Assembly (NCBI GenBank): GCA_963739325.1
Contig: CAVTZZ010000040.1
Location: 8,478 to 72,477 of the forward strand
Length of the DNA stretch: 64,000 bases
Direction: 5' to 3'
From: an uncultured delta proteobacterium
GTDB lineage: Bacteria > Desulfobacterota > BSN033 > UBA1163
Shown here: one piece after another, positions 46,929-56,245 of the stretch
Position numbering within the stretch: the first letter of the stretch is position 1
Layout: each line of letters starts with the position of its first letter
The notes under the pieces: model-generated
Seen by the model: the letters and a program-made list of their open reading frames with translations, nothing else
Database searches by the model: none
What the model was told of the DNA's origin: nothing
Program-made: the position numbers and the translations under genes

Positions 46929-47939
46929 TTAAAGGCCATATTTTTTGAAAACCGGGATCCATTTCTCTATATCTTCGATTGAAGCCTTGAGATCCTCCTT
47001 TAATTCTTTCCCGAAGAGAGGCTGTTCCACATCCGCTTTCCTTTTTTTACAGAAGTCTATCCATCCAGGATCGGCAAGCATCTTTTTTCCCGCAGCCGTA
47101 AGGAGACGCTCACGTTCCGGGTCAAGGTTTGGTGGCCCCATAAACATCCTGTTCACCTTCCTTATATATTTCAGACACTCGGGGAATCCCTTTTCCACGA
47201 TGGTAGGCACCCACGGAAGAATTTTTGCTTCTGTGAAGGATACAAGGGTATTAACTTCTTTTGCTTCGCATACGGTACTCACTGAGTCATAAGAAACAAG
47301 GGCAGCATCAGCATCCCCCCTGATGACCGCATTAATGACATCGGCCGTCCCTTCCATGGAGACAATCTTTGCCGGTATCTTACTTATCTCTACCGCGTAG
47401 ATGCAGTCCAGATGCGCCGTTGTACCGAATTGAGGTATGATGAAAGTAATCGGTCCTTTTTTAGATTTAGCTACCAATTCCTCCCATGTGGCAATCCCTT
47501 TTTTGTTACTAATAAAGACACGAACGGTCCGGGTGATTGAATAAAGCCAACTATATTCTCTGGGATCAAAGGCAATTTTTTGGGATCCATAGAGCATTGC
47601 GTAAAGAGCTCCAGGATTAAAATCCCCATAAGTATAGCCATCGGGTCTGGCATCTTTAAAAAGATACTCATAGGCTTGTAACCCACTGGCCCCAGACATA
47701 TTCTTAACTTTTACCTCCCCACCCTTTGCACCAGGAGAGAGTTCCTTTAAATACTTGGTCATATAAGGGGCTGCCATTCTCGCAAAAATATCAAATCCAC
47801 CCCCCGGAGCAGAATTACAGATGAGAGTTATGTCTTTCGACGGATAGACATCCTGGGCCATAGCTCCTAAGACCAATAGACTCAAGGAGCTCAAAATAAT
47901 AACTGCAGTCAACATTCCTATAAAATTTATCCTTTTCAT
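46929..47939 (-). CDS. tctC: TTT substrate-binding protein TctC
   Basis: 336 aa with a signal peptide. It is the intact counterpart of the disrupted copy at 36988..37994. Confidence 0.9.
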   Translation of the reverse strand: MKRINFIGMLTAVIILSSLSLLVLGAMAQDVYPSKDITLICNSAPGGGFDIFARMAAPYMTKYLKELSPGAKGGEVKVKNMSGASGLQAYEYLFKDARPDGYTYGDFNPGALYAMLYGSQKIAFDPREYSWLYSITRTVRVFISNKKGIATWEELVAKSKKGPITFIIPQFGTTAHLDCIYAVEISKIPAKIVSMEGTADVINAVIRGDADAALVSYDSVSTVCEAKEVNTLVSFTEAKILPWVPTIVEKGFPECLKYIRKVNRMFMGPPNLDPERERLLTAAGKKMLADPGWIDFCKKRKADVEQPLFGKELKEDLKASIEDIEKWIPVFKKYGL

Positions 47940-48015
47940 TTTTTTCCTCCTTCCAAATGGGTATTTTTTCGCTTATTCAGCGAGAGTGTTCTTACCAATA
48001 TTCTGTTACAATTCC

Positions 48016-49455
48016 CTAAATCGGCTTGTTTTCTTTCATACGTTTTTTTAGATAACCTAACGGATCTGGGGCATAATCTTTAAAATAATCTCCTTCGCAG
48101 TTGATCCCAGGAAGAGGAGGTTGCCAGTCATAGCTCAGGAGTTCATTTGGATCCCCGTATTTTACTGCAATGGCTCTGATCTTTGGGTCATCCATACAGG
48201 TAAACCAACCTTTATCAACAATTTTATACCAGTAGTCGGTACCTTGTATCTTTATCTCGAAGGTTACAAAGTAATTGTGCACATGGATGTGGCCCGTCGG
48301 CAAATTGTGCTCTTTGGCATATTTCCCGTATTCATCTCCGTGCTTTCGTGAACCAATTCCCATATGAAAGATACCTGCTCTATTCCGTTCGGGGGTATTT
48401 GGCATTGCCCAGTAGGAATTAAACATATCAGAAGATCTCCTAAATGATTTTACGGTTGTGCATAATGCACAATCGCAAAACCAGAAGTAGCCTTTATCAG
48501 GATAAAATGGCCAGTGAGCATCCTTATATCTATCCATCATTTCTCTTATCCCCTCACCATATTTACCGCCACCCTTTACCTCCACAAGTCGTCCGTGCTC
48601 AAAATAGAGCTCTATACGGGGAAAGAAACCCTTATGATTTGCGGTCCCTGCTAAGACTCCATTATAATCAGGAAAAACCGGAGGAACTTTTGTTGAAACC
48701 GGTACGACTGCACTTCCCTCCGCTGTTGATTGATGGGGGCAAAAATAAAGGTGGCCACTCCGCCCTGCGGTCATTTGCCATCTCTTGGCCTCTTCAGAAG
48801 TCAAAGTGTATTCTAAGTGTGTGCCTTCAGGGTCAGTGATCTTTACTGCAGAGGCTTTTCCTAAGGCTTCGAGAAGTCTTCTCTCGATTTCTACCGAGAG
48901 TTCATCCGGATAGACCCAAGCTTTAGATAAAAATTCTTCCCAATTGTTAAATAACCAGTTATTTCTAAACTTACTGCCGTGCATTTCAAGCAATCGGACC
49001 ATTTGTGGCCTCCCTCCTGCAGCCAAAAATAGACCTGTAATGTCATGTTCATCTAAATACTTGCGTATCGCTGCTCCCATGTCCATACCCGTTAGCCCAT
49101 CTCTTCTGCCTACGGCACCTGATGCCATATTCTGCTTCAGCATCTCAACCTCTTTCCAGCCATCTTCGACACTAACTGGCTTAACTTCCTTTGCTCCTAA
49201 TAATTGAACCAAATCTATGAAATCTGCCTTCTCAGCACCCTCTTCCTCAAGGGCTTGGATAATGGCTTCTTTTACATACTTATCCTGGTCCGGGTAAGTG
49301 ACGATAAGTAATGTGTCGCCTTTCTTTACTGGACCCATTGCTGCCCTGCCGTGTTGTTTCTTTGCCAACAATCTTGCCTGGGGAAGGCAATCTTCTATAC
49401 TTGTTGGTTTTCTATAGCTCGGATTACGTGGTGATGGATAGTTGTACACTGCCAT
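48016..49455 (-). CDS. Uncharacterised His-rich ~478-aa protein, paralog 5 of 6 (most divergent copy)
   Basis: 479 aa. It keeps the invariant blocks in variant form (FWFCDCALCT, NRAGIFHMGIGSRKH, GHIHVHNYFVTFEIKI, KKRMKENKPI). Confidence 0.85.
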   Translation of the reverse strand: MAVYNYPSPRNPSYRKPTSIEDCLPQARLLAKKQHGRAAMGPVKKGDTLLIVTYPDQDKYVKEAIIQALEEEGAEKADFIDLVQLLGAKEVKPVSVEDGWKEVEMLKQNMASGAVGRRDGLTGMDMGAAIRKYLDEHDITGLFLAAGGRPQMVRLLEMHGSKFRNNWLFNNWEEFLSKAWVYPDELSVEIERRLLEALGKASAVKITDPEGTHLEYTLTSEEAKRWQMTAGRSGHLYFCPHQSTAEGSAVVPVSTKVPPVFPDYNGVLAGTANHKGFFPRIELYFEHGRLVEVKGGGKYGEGIREMMDRYKDAHWPFYPDKGYFWFCDCALCTTVKSFRRSSDMFNSYWAMPNTPERNRAGIFHMGIGSRKHGDEYGKYAKEHNLPTGHIHVHNYFVTFEIKIQGTDYWYKIVDKGWFTCMDDPKIRAIAVKYGDPNELLSYDWQPPLPGINCEGDYFKDYAPDPLGYLKKRMKENKPI

Positions 49456-49481
49456 TATTTATATCTCCTTTTTAAAAAGAT

Positions 49482-50492
49482 TTATTTCCTTAGTTTTATG
49501 TAGAGGGATGGGGGAACAGCGGGATCTCTTCCCACATGAAGTTCTTGCCCGATTCTCTCCTTTAAAGCTATCTGATAAATACGCGCCGCAATCGCAACAT
49601 ATTCAATGCCTATGCCACCGGACAAAAATAGGGTGATCTCTTTTTCATCCTTTCTTCCCTGTTTCTTGCCAGCAATAACTTCTCCGAGTTCTCCGTATAT
49701 ATGGTCTGGCTTAATGAGTCCTTCCTTGATCGGAATGAGCACCTCGCCTTCTTCTTTGAGAACCCTCTCTTTAGAATCAGCGACTAATTTGCTTCTCTGG
49801 ACACTGACACTATCCAATTCACGCCGGTCTGGGTCGTGTGCTCCAATCGCATTGATGTGGGTGCCCTGCTCTATTAAATTTCCGTCAAAGACTGGTGTGG
49901 ATGAGTTGCTGGTAGTAGAAATGATTTCGCTTCCCTTCACCGCTTCTTCAGGTGAATCCACCGGGAGGACATTTAAATTTAGCAAATTTCTCATCTCTTC
50001 ACAGTATTGATCCCGGTGCTTTTTTTGAGGACTGTAGACCTTTATCAATTCGAGATTTCGCACAAGAGCGACGGCGGGAAGCTGCGATTTTGCTTGTCGT
50101 CCTGAACCAAAAATGCCCATGACCTTGGCTTCTTTTTTAGCCAAATATTTGGTTGCCACGGCGCTTAATGCCCCTGGAACCAACCAACCGATCCGATCTG
50201 ATTCAATGACGGACTGAAGATCACCTGTATTCGTATCGAAGAGAAAAATGACCTTTGTAAAAGTCCCTATTCCGCTTACCGAGTAGGCATGGATTCCCGC
50301 CACCTCCAATTCTGAGAAAGAGGCGGGTAATATCTTCAGGAATCCTGGTTTTCGAGACGTATCGAGCTTAATTCGAGGCACCACGGTGGCGCTCCCTTGT
50401 CCCATCTGCCGGTAAGCGTTCTCAATCGTCTCAACATAATCTTTCATACTGAGGAGAGGCTCTATCTCTTGACTGGAAAGGAAAAGGACCAT
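49482..50492 (-). CDS. Ornithine cyclodeaminase/mu-crystallin family protein
   Basis: 336 aa. GWLVPGALSAVATKYLAKKEAKVMGIFGSGRQAKSQL (Rossmann GxGxxA), VYSPQKKHR and INAIGAHDPDRRELD are typical of the OCD_Mu_crystall family. Confidence 0.85.
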   Translation of the reverse strand: MVLFLSSQEIEPLLSMKDYVETIENAYRQMGQGSATVVPRIKLDTSRKPGFLKILPASFSELEVAGIHAYSVSGIGTFTKVIFLFDTNTGDLQSVIESDRIGWLVPGALSAVATKYLAKKEAKVMGIFGSGRQAKSQLPAVALVRNLELIKVYSPQKKHRDQYCEEMRNLLNLNVLPVDSPEEAVKGSEIISTTSNSSTPVFDGNLIEQGTHINAIGAHDPDRRELDSVSVQRSKLVADSKERVLKEEGEVLIPIKEGLIKPDHIYGELGEVIAGKKQGRKDEKEITLFLSGGIGIEYVAIAARIYQIALKERIGQELHVGRDPAVPPSLYIKLRK

Positions 50493-50613
50493 GGTTTACC
50501 TCCTTCGTTTGTTAGAAACTTCAAAGGTCGGATGTGACCGTAAAGGTAGTTTTTCTTTAAACAGGTATCCTTTCTCTTTGCACTCGGGTGCTTTATCCAA
50601 CTGTTTCCATCAT

Positions 50614-52110
50614 TCAAACCTTGGGAGACGACATCTTAGGCCTTTTGTAGATCCTCTCGATATAGGGCCAGAAAATCACTGCTAAAACACAGAGGAAGAT
50701 AACCAGACTGGGAATTCGGGTAACAAATACTAATAGACCGTTCCTCGAAAACGAAAGGGCTTGAAAAAAACCGTTTTCGGCAATCGGGCCTAAGACGATT
50801 CCGAGAACGAGCGGGATGGGATGATATCCATTTTTTCTCAAATAGTAGCCAAAGATACCGAAGAGGGTGGCTACCATCATGTCCTGCCAATACTCCCGAC
50901 CAATATAAGAACCGATCAGACATAAAACAATAACGATCGGTGAGATAATCTCTGCTTGAAGTTGGGTCAGCTTTTCCATCCCACGGGAGAAGCCTACTGC
51001 TAATATAACACTGATACAGTGTGCAAAAAAGAGAGTAAAGATAATAAGATAGACCAAATCAAGGTGAAATTTTACAATTTGTGGCCCCGGAGAAATTCCG
51101 TGTAGAGCGAATGCTCCCAGTAGTACTGCCATTGTGCTGCTCCCTGGGATACCCATCGTAATGGTCGGAAGAATATCTCCGCCCGAACAGGCATGGAGTG
51201 CAGTATCACCAGCAATAACTCCACGTACATCTCCTTTACCAAATGTCTCCGGGTTTTTACAGGTCTTAACCGCCGACGCATAAGACACAAATCCGGCCAC
51301 CCCGCTACCGGCGCCTGGCGCTACACCTATCACCCAGGCAATCAAACAGCTTCTAACAAAGAGAGACATATTCTTAAAAACTGCCATGATCCCTTCCCAA
51401 ATGCTTCCGCTCAGAGGAACACCCTTGGCAACAATAGAGCTTCTTTCCATCCATAGCTCGATCGCCGTGCTCATTGCCAGCGCTCCCAGAACCACAGGAA
51501 TCATATGAATCCCGTCCCTGAGATAGTATGTTCCAAGGCTATATCGAGACTGTCCGACCAATGGGTGGAAACCAATCGTGGCAATCAGGACACCAAGACC
51601 ACCGGTAATGAGGCCCTTACCGATTGTTTTCGATGAAACAGCAGCGATTGCTGAGAGTCCAAATAAGGCTAACATAAAAAATTCCGCAGGCCCGAATAAT
51701 AAGATGATTTGGTACATCACGGGCAAAAAGACAAGCACACTAATTGCAGAGAAAAGTCCCCCAAGAATTGAAACGGTGGCAGAGGCTGCAATGGCTGTTC
51801 TGGCTTTTCCCTTTTTCGCCATTGGAAAACCATCAATCAGAGTCACAGCGTTTGGATTATCGCCTGGAATATTAAAGAGGATAGCGGTTAAAGAACCACC
51901 AAATTTCGATGTGGCGTAGATGGAAACAAGAAGTATAAATGCTCGGGTGGCCTCCATCTTCCAGGTAAATGGAACCATCAGGGCGATCGCATGTACCGAA
52001 CCGATCCCGGGTAAAACTCCTACGACCACTCCAATGAGGGTTCCAACCAGCATAAACGCAACATTCGGCCATTGGAAAAGAGAAACTAAGGTATTGATAA
52101 ACAATTCCAT
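50614..52110 (-). CDS. tctA: TTT large permease TctA
   Basis: 498 aa with the same family blocks (LPGIGSVHAIALMVPFT, SKFGGSLTAILFNIPGDNPNAV). Confidence 0.9.
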   Translation of the reverse strand: MELFINTLVSLFQWPNVAFMLVGTLIGVVVGVLPGIGSVHAIALMVPFTWKMEATRAFILLVSIYATSKFGGSLTAILFNIPGDNPNAVTLIDGFPMAKKGKARTAIAASATVSILGGLFSAISVLVFLPVMYQIILLFGPAEFFMLALFGLSAIAAVSSKTIGKGLITGGLGVLIATIGFHPLVGQSRYSLGTYYLRDGIHMIPVVLGALAMSTAIELWMERSSIVAKGVPLSGSIWEGIMAVFKNMSLFVRSCLIAWVIGVAPGAGSGVAGFVSYASAVKTCKNPETFGKGDVRGVIAGDTALHACSGGDILPTITMGIPGSSTMAVLLGAFALHGISPGPQIVKFHLDLVYLIIFTLFFAHCISVILAVGFSRGMEKLTQLQAEIISPIVIVLCLIGSYIGREYWQDMMVATLFGIFGYYLRKNGYHPIPLVLGIVLGPIAENGFFQALSFSRNGLLVFVTRIPSLVIFLCVLAVIFWPYIERIYKRPKMSSPKV

Positions 52111-52122
52111 TTTCTTCCTCCT

Positions 52123-52737
52123 TTAAATGAGGCCGAGCGACGTTAAGATAGGCTCAAGCATAAGACCAAAGTCCGCTGGAGCCTCTAACAATTTGTAGAG
52201 AAGAAGATAAATGATGAAATACATAGAGGCAAGGGTTATTAAAAGAGCTCCTATTTTTCTTTGGCCATAATAATAATAGCTACCTGCAATTGCAAAAAAG
52301 GTTCCCACAATATAGCCAAAGAGAAGGAATGCGGCAAAGCAGCCAATCAGCCCAATGAAAGCCTTCACTTCGTTACGGAATGTTTTTTCCTGGGTGACCT
52401 CTTCATAGTGCCCCTTTAACACCCCTTCCTCAATTTTTTCCTTCATACTATCAAATTCTCCTGCAAGACCTGCCTCTTTAAATTCCCCGATCTTGCTTTT
52501 AGGAAAAATAATATGGAAGAGGCGCATTCCACTTAATATCGCTGTAAACAAACCGATGAGCATGGGTACATCCCTTGCCTCGGGTTTGTATTGAAAACTT
52601 CCCAGAAAAAAATAGAGGCTAATAAGAAAGATAGGAAGGATGACCACAAGCTCGCCGCGGAGTTTCTTCAATGCTTTCGTACTTAAATCAAGCCCTTTCC
52701 CCTTAGAATCGGTGTTCATAAGAGTCTCCTTTGGCAA
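52123..52737 (-). CDS. TctB-position small membrane protein with acidic loop (atypical TctB-like)
   Basis: 204 aa. RLFHIIFPKSKIGEFKEAGLAGEFDSMKEKIEEGVLKGHYEE. Confidence 0.6.
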   Translation of the reverse strand: MPKETLMNTDSKGKGLDLSTKALKKLRGELVVILPIFLISLYFFLGSFQYKPEARDVPMLIGLFTAILSGMRLFHIIFPKSKIGEFKEAGLAGEFDSMKEKIEEGVLKGHYEEVTQEKTFRNEVKAFIGLIGCFAAFLLFGYIVGTFFAIAGSYYYYGQRKIGALLITLASMYFIIYLLLYKLLEAPADFGLMLEPILTSLGLI

Positions 52738-52795
52738 TACTTATCTTATAAAAACCCGTGCGAAGGACAGGGTTAAATATTCCTTAGCCACTTCT

Positions 52796-53806
52796 TTAAA
52801 GTCCGTATTTTTGGAACACCTGAATATTTCCCAGGGTGGCATTAATATACTTCATTATCTCTGCTTCTTGCTCCTTGTCGTAAACAGGAGCCAACTCATT
52901 TCCAGTCTTTTCGCACCAAGCCTGAAACTCCGGATCGGCAACCATCTTCTTGAATATAGCAATGATCGTGGCCTTGGCCTTTGGGTCCAGTTTGGGTGGG
53001 CCGATGATATTTCTTCCTTTTCCTCCTATGAAGTCCAAACATTTAGGATACCCCACCTCTATGATGGTAGGGACATTGGGTACCAGCCTCTCATGGGTGA
53101 TGCTAACCAGGAAATTGACCTCTCCGCTATCGATAAGGGTCCTGATCGCCGCATAGTCCATGAGGGCAAGATCAGCGTCCCCTCTTATGAGGGCACCAAC
53201 CGTTACAGATGACCCGCCTGTGCTCGTAATCTTTCCTGGTAATCCAACGACCTCCTTAAACCAAATTGTTTCCATATGCTCGGATGACCCCACCGTTGAA
53301 CTTGCAATGATAGGAGGCAGCTTCTTAGCCGACGCGATCATCTCCGCGAATGTTTTCGGTCCATTTTTCTTGCTGACAACAACCCGAATTGTCTTGGTGA
53401 ATGCGGCCACCCAGGTAAAATCCTTAATATTAAATGGCAGTTTTTCAGAACCATAAATAAACTTGTACATGTCTGCTCGATTAAAATCCGAGATCGTATA
53501 GCCATCGGGTTTTGCGTCTTCATGCATGTAAATCACCGGTTTTGCCCGGCCGCCACCGGCCATATTCTTTACCTTCATCTCCCCTCCCTTCGCACCAGGA
53601 ACAACGTCCTTCACCTGTTTTGTAAAAAAGGGGCTCATTCCACGGGCGAAAGTATCAAATCCACCTCCAGGGTTAGAACCGCAGATGTAGGTTATGTCTT
53701 TCGCAGGATAGATTTCCTGGGCCATAACTCCCGGGGTCAAATAAATAATGGAAATGAAGAGAAAAGTTCCCGCTACCCATCCCAACTTGAGCAATTGTTT
53801 TATCAT
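52796..53806 (-). CDS. tctC: TTT substrate-binding protein TctC
   Basis: MIKQLLKLGWVAGTFLFISIIYLTPGVMAQEIYPAKDITYICGSNPGGG. The start ATG 53806 has AGGAAGGAG 7 nt upstream; the ORF track extends to 53884. Confidence 0.9.
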   Translation of the reverse strand: MIKQLLKLGWVAGTFLFISIIYLTPGVMAQEIYPAKDITYICGSNPGGGFDTFARGMSPFFTKQVKDVVPGAKGGEMKVKNMAGGGRAKPVIYMHEDAKPDGYTISDFNRADMYKFIYGSEKLPFNIKDFTWVAAFTKTIRVVVSKKNGPKTFAEMIASAKKLPPIIASSTVGSSEHMETIWFKEVVGLPGKITSTGGSSVTVGALIRGDADLALMDYAAIRTLIDSGEVNFLVSITHERLVPNVPTIIEVGYPKCLDFIGGKGRNIIGPPKLDPKAKATIIAIFKKMVADPEFQAWCEKTGNELAPVYDKEQEAEIMKYINATLGNIQVFQKYGL

Positions 53807-53901
53807 TTTTTTTCTCCTTCCTAAAAGATATAAGCTCTCTTGTCCAAAGAGCTCTATCTCATGTTTTTTTGAGTTTCTACTCATGCCTCCATCAACATTG
53901 T

Positions 53902-55329
53902 TTAAATTGGTTTATTCTCTTTCATTCTTTTTTTAAGATACGCCATCGGGTCAGGGGCATAGTCCTTCATATAATCACCTTCACAATTGATACCAGGTAG
54001 CGGTGGAACCCAGTCATAACTTAGTAGTTCATCCGGATCTCCATATTTGACAGCAAGGGTTCTAATCTTGGGATCATCCAAAGAGGTAAGCCGACCCCTG
54101 TCCGTTACTTTAAGCCAGTGTTCGGTGCCTCGCAGTTTTACCTCAAACGTTGTGAAATAATTGTGGACATGGATATGACTATGGACGATCTGATTCTCTT
54201 TAATATATTTACTAAATTCTGGACTATGTCTCCGGGATCCAAATCCGTGGTGAAATACCCCGGCCCTATTCCTTTCCCCAAGGTTTGGAGCTTGCCAGTA
54301 ACAATTAAACATATCGGAGGTCCGCCTGAAAGATTTTACCATGGTGCATAAGGCAGAATCGCAAAACCAGAAGTAACCCTTTCTGGGGTATTGTGGAAAG
54401 TGAACATCCTTATTTTTCTCCATCATTTCTCGAATGATGTCCCCGTACTTTCCACCGCCTTTTACTTCCACCAGCAGGCCACGCTCGAAATAGAGCTCCA
54501 TTCGAGGGAAAAATCCTTGATGATTTGCTGTCCCAGCCAGAACACCGTTTGGGTTATGAAAAACCGGGGGATTCGTTAAATCATACCGTACCTGGGAACA
54601 TTCGTCCGATGTTGCCTGAAGGGGATCCAAAAAGAGGTGGCCAGACTTCCACGCACACATTTGAAACCTGAGCGCCTGTTCTTCTGTTAGATCGTACTCT
54701 AAGAACGTACCTTCAGCGTCAGTAATCCTCACCTTGGAGGCTTGGCCAATGGCTTCTATCGCTGGCCTCTCAATTTCGATCGAAAGCTCATCTGGAAAGG
54801 CCCAGGTCTTGGCGACAAATTCCTCCCAATTATTAAATACGTAATTATTTTTAAATTTATCACCATGGTTACGGAGCGCAAAGGTCGCATGTCTTCGCCC
54901 TCCCGATCTGATGAATAAACCGTTATATTCAGGATGTTTATCAAGGTATTTGCGTACAGGCCCCATTAACTCTTCAATAAATGGGGTTTCCTCAGTCCCA
55001 GGTTCTCCTTTTGCCATATTGTCGGCTTCAGTCCAGCCGTTTTCCACGCTTTTAATTACAGGCTTTTGACCTGTTATCTCATGCTCGTACACGAAATCAA
55101 CCTTTTCGGCGCCCTCTTCTTCTAAGGCTTGGTTTATTGCTTCCTTGATGTATTTGTCTTGATCAGGAAATGTAACGATAAGTATCTGATCCCCCCTTTT
55201 TACCGGACCCATTGCTGCTCTGCTATGAGTTTTTTTTGCCATCTCCCTGGCTCGAGGGAGGCAATCTTCTACACTTGTTGGTTTCTTGTAATTTGGACTG
55301 CATGGCGACGGATAACTATACACTGGCAT
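53902..55329 (-). CDS. Uncharacterised His-rich ~478-aa protein, paralog 6 of 6
   Basis: 475 aa with the same conserved blocks (ITDAEGTFLEY, NRAGVFHHGFGSRRH, HSHIHVHNYFTTFEVKL, KKRMKENKPI). Confidence 0.85.
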   Translation of the reverse strand: MPVYSYPSPCSPNYKKPTSVEDCLPRAREMAKKTHSRAAMGPVKRGDQILIVTFPDQDKYIKEAINQALEEEGAEKVDFVYEHEITGQKPVIKSVENGWTEADNMAKGEPGTEETPFIEELMGPVRKYLDKHPEYNGLFIRSGGRRHATFALRNHGDKFKNNYVFNNWEEFVAKTWAFPDELSIEIERPAIEAIGQASKVRITDAEGTFLEYDLTEEQALRFQMCAWKSGHLFLDPLQATSDECSQVRYDLTNPPVFHNPNGVLAGTANHQGFFPRMELYFERGLLVEVKGGGKYGDIIREMMEKNKDVHFPQYPRKGYFWFCDSALCTMVKSFRRTSDMFNCYWQAPNLGERNRAGVFHHGFGSRRHSPEFSKYIKENQIVHSHIHVHNYFTTFEVKLRGTEHWLKVTDRGRLTSLDDPKIRTLAVKYGDPDELLSYDWVPPLPGINCEGDYMKDYAPDPMAYLKKRMKENKPI

Positions 55330-55668
55330 TTGTGTTTCCCTCCTTTGTGAAATAATTTACACTTTTACTAACAAATAGGTAATTTTTTGTCAAGAATATT
55401 GCAAGAATTTTATGAGTCTTATACCATCTCAAGACATGTTTTCCAGTCGTTCCCTCATGGTTTTACCTTTTTGCCTGAAATCAGTTCAGCCTGGTTAAGA
55501 AAGATCAAAAAACGATATTTAAAATTCTCGAAACTTTTAGTAATTTAGCTAAAAATATGCTAAGGTTTTTAAATTAAAGTTAATCATCTTGATTTTTCTC
55601 ATGACTCAGTTTAAATAAAGGGGAACGCAAGGAGAATCAGATTCCCCGCTCATCCTGCTACAGGCGAG

Positions 55669-56208
55669 ATGAGGCACTTTGCGGGAAAAGAAATAACGAT
55701 GAACAAAAGAGGGTTATTTCGTTATTTGGATCTTCTTAGGAAAGGAGATGTCCTTTTTCTTTTAGCTATTTTTTTGATTTTTTTATTCTTTTTTAAAGAA
55801 TCTTTCAATTACCCACAGGATAGTCGGAGTTTTCCTGAAGTTATCATATTAAGCACATTAATTCTAAGTGGAATCCTCCTTGTAGTCTATTTCTTTTTCC
55901 CATCCTTAAAAAATATTATTGTTTCCCCTGAGCCTGAAGCTAAGAGAGAAACCCAAAGGGAATGGAAGACCAGAGGGCGTTTCTACCGAGGGTGGCTGAG
56001 CATCGCCATCTCCATTCTGACGGCATTTCTCTTTGGTTTTCTTTTCTTAATTCCTGCTTCCTTCATTTCTTATACATTGCTTCTTGGCCGCAAAGGAATG
56101 TTCCTGAAGATCCTTCTCCTTTCTCTGGCAACTACCCTATTAGTCTATATTGCGTTTGACCACTTTTTAGGAATTCCTACAATGCGAGGTTATCTGTGGA
56201 CCAAATAG
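55669..56208 (+). CDS. tctB: TctB-like small membrane subunit (conventional size, no acidic loop)
   Basis: 179 aa, about 4 hydrophobic segments, directly upstream of tctA. The assignment rests mainly on position and topology. An alternative start is ATG 55699. Confidence 0.55.
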   Translation: MRHFAGKEITMNKRGLFRYLDLLRKGDVLFLLAIFLIFLFFFKESFNYPQDSRSFPEVIILSTLILSGILLVVYFFFPSLKNIIVSPEPEAKRETQREWKTRGRFYRGWLSIAISILTAFLFGFLFLIPASFISYTLLLGRKGMFLKILLLSLATTLLVYIAFDHFLGIPTMRGYLWTK

Positions 56209-56245
56209 AGTGTTTGTTTAAAAATTCTTACCCTCGAGGTATGGG

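Noticed and set aside
52640-53212. 190-aa plus-strand ORF spanning the tctB and tctC junction
   Set aside because: It is antisense to two well-supported minus-strand genes. I see no Shine-Dalgarno site or motif support.
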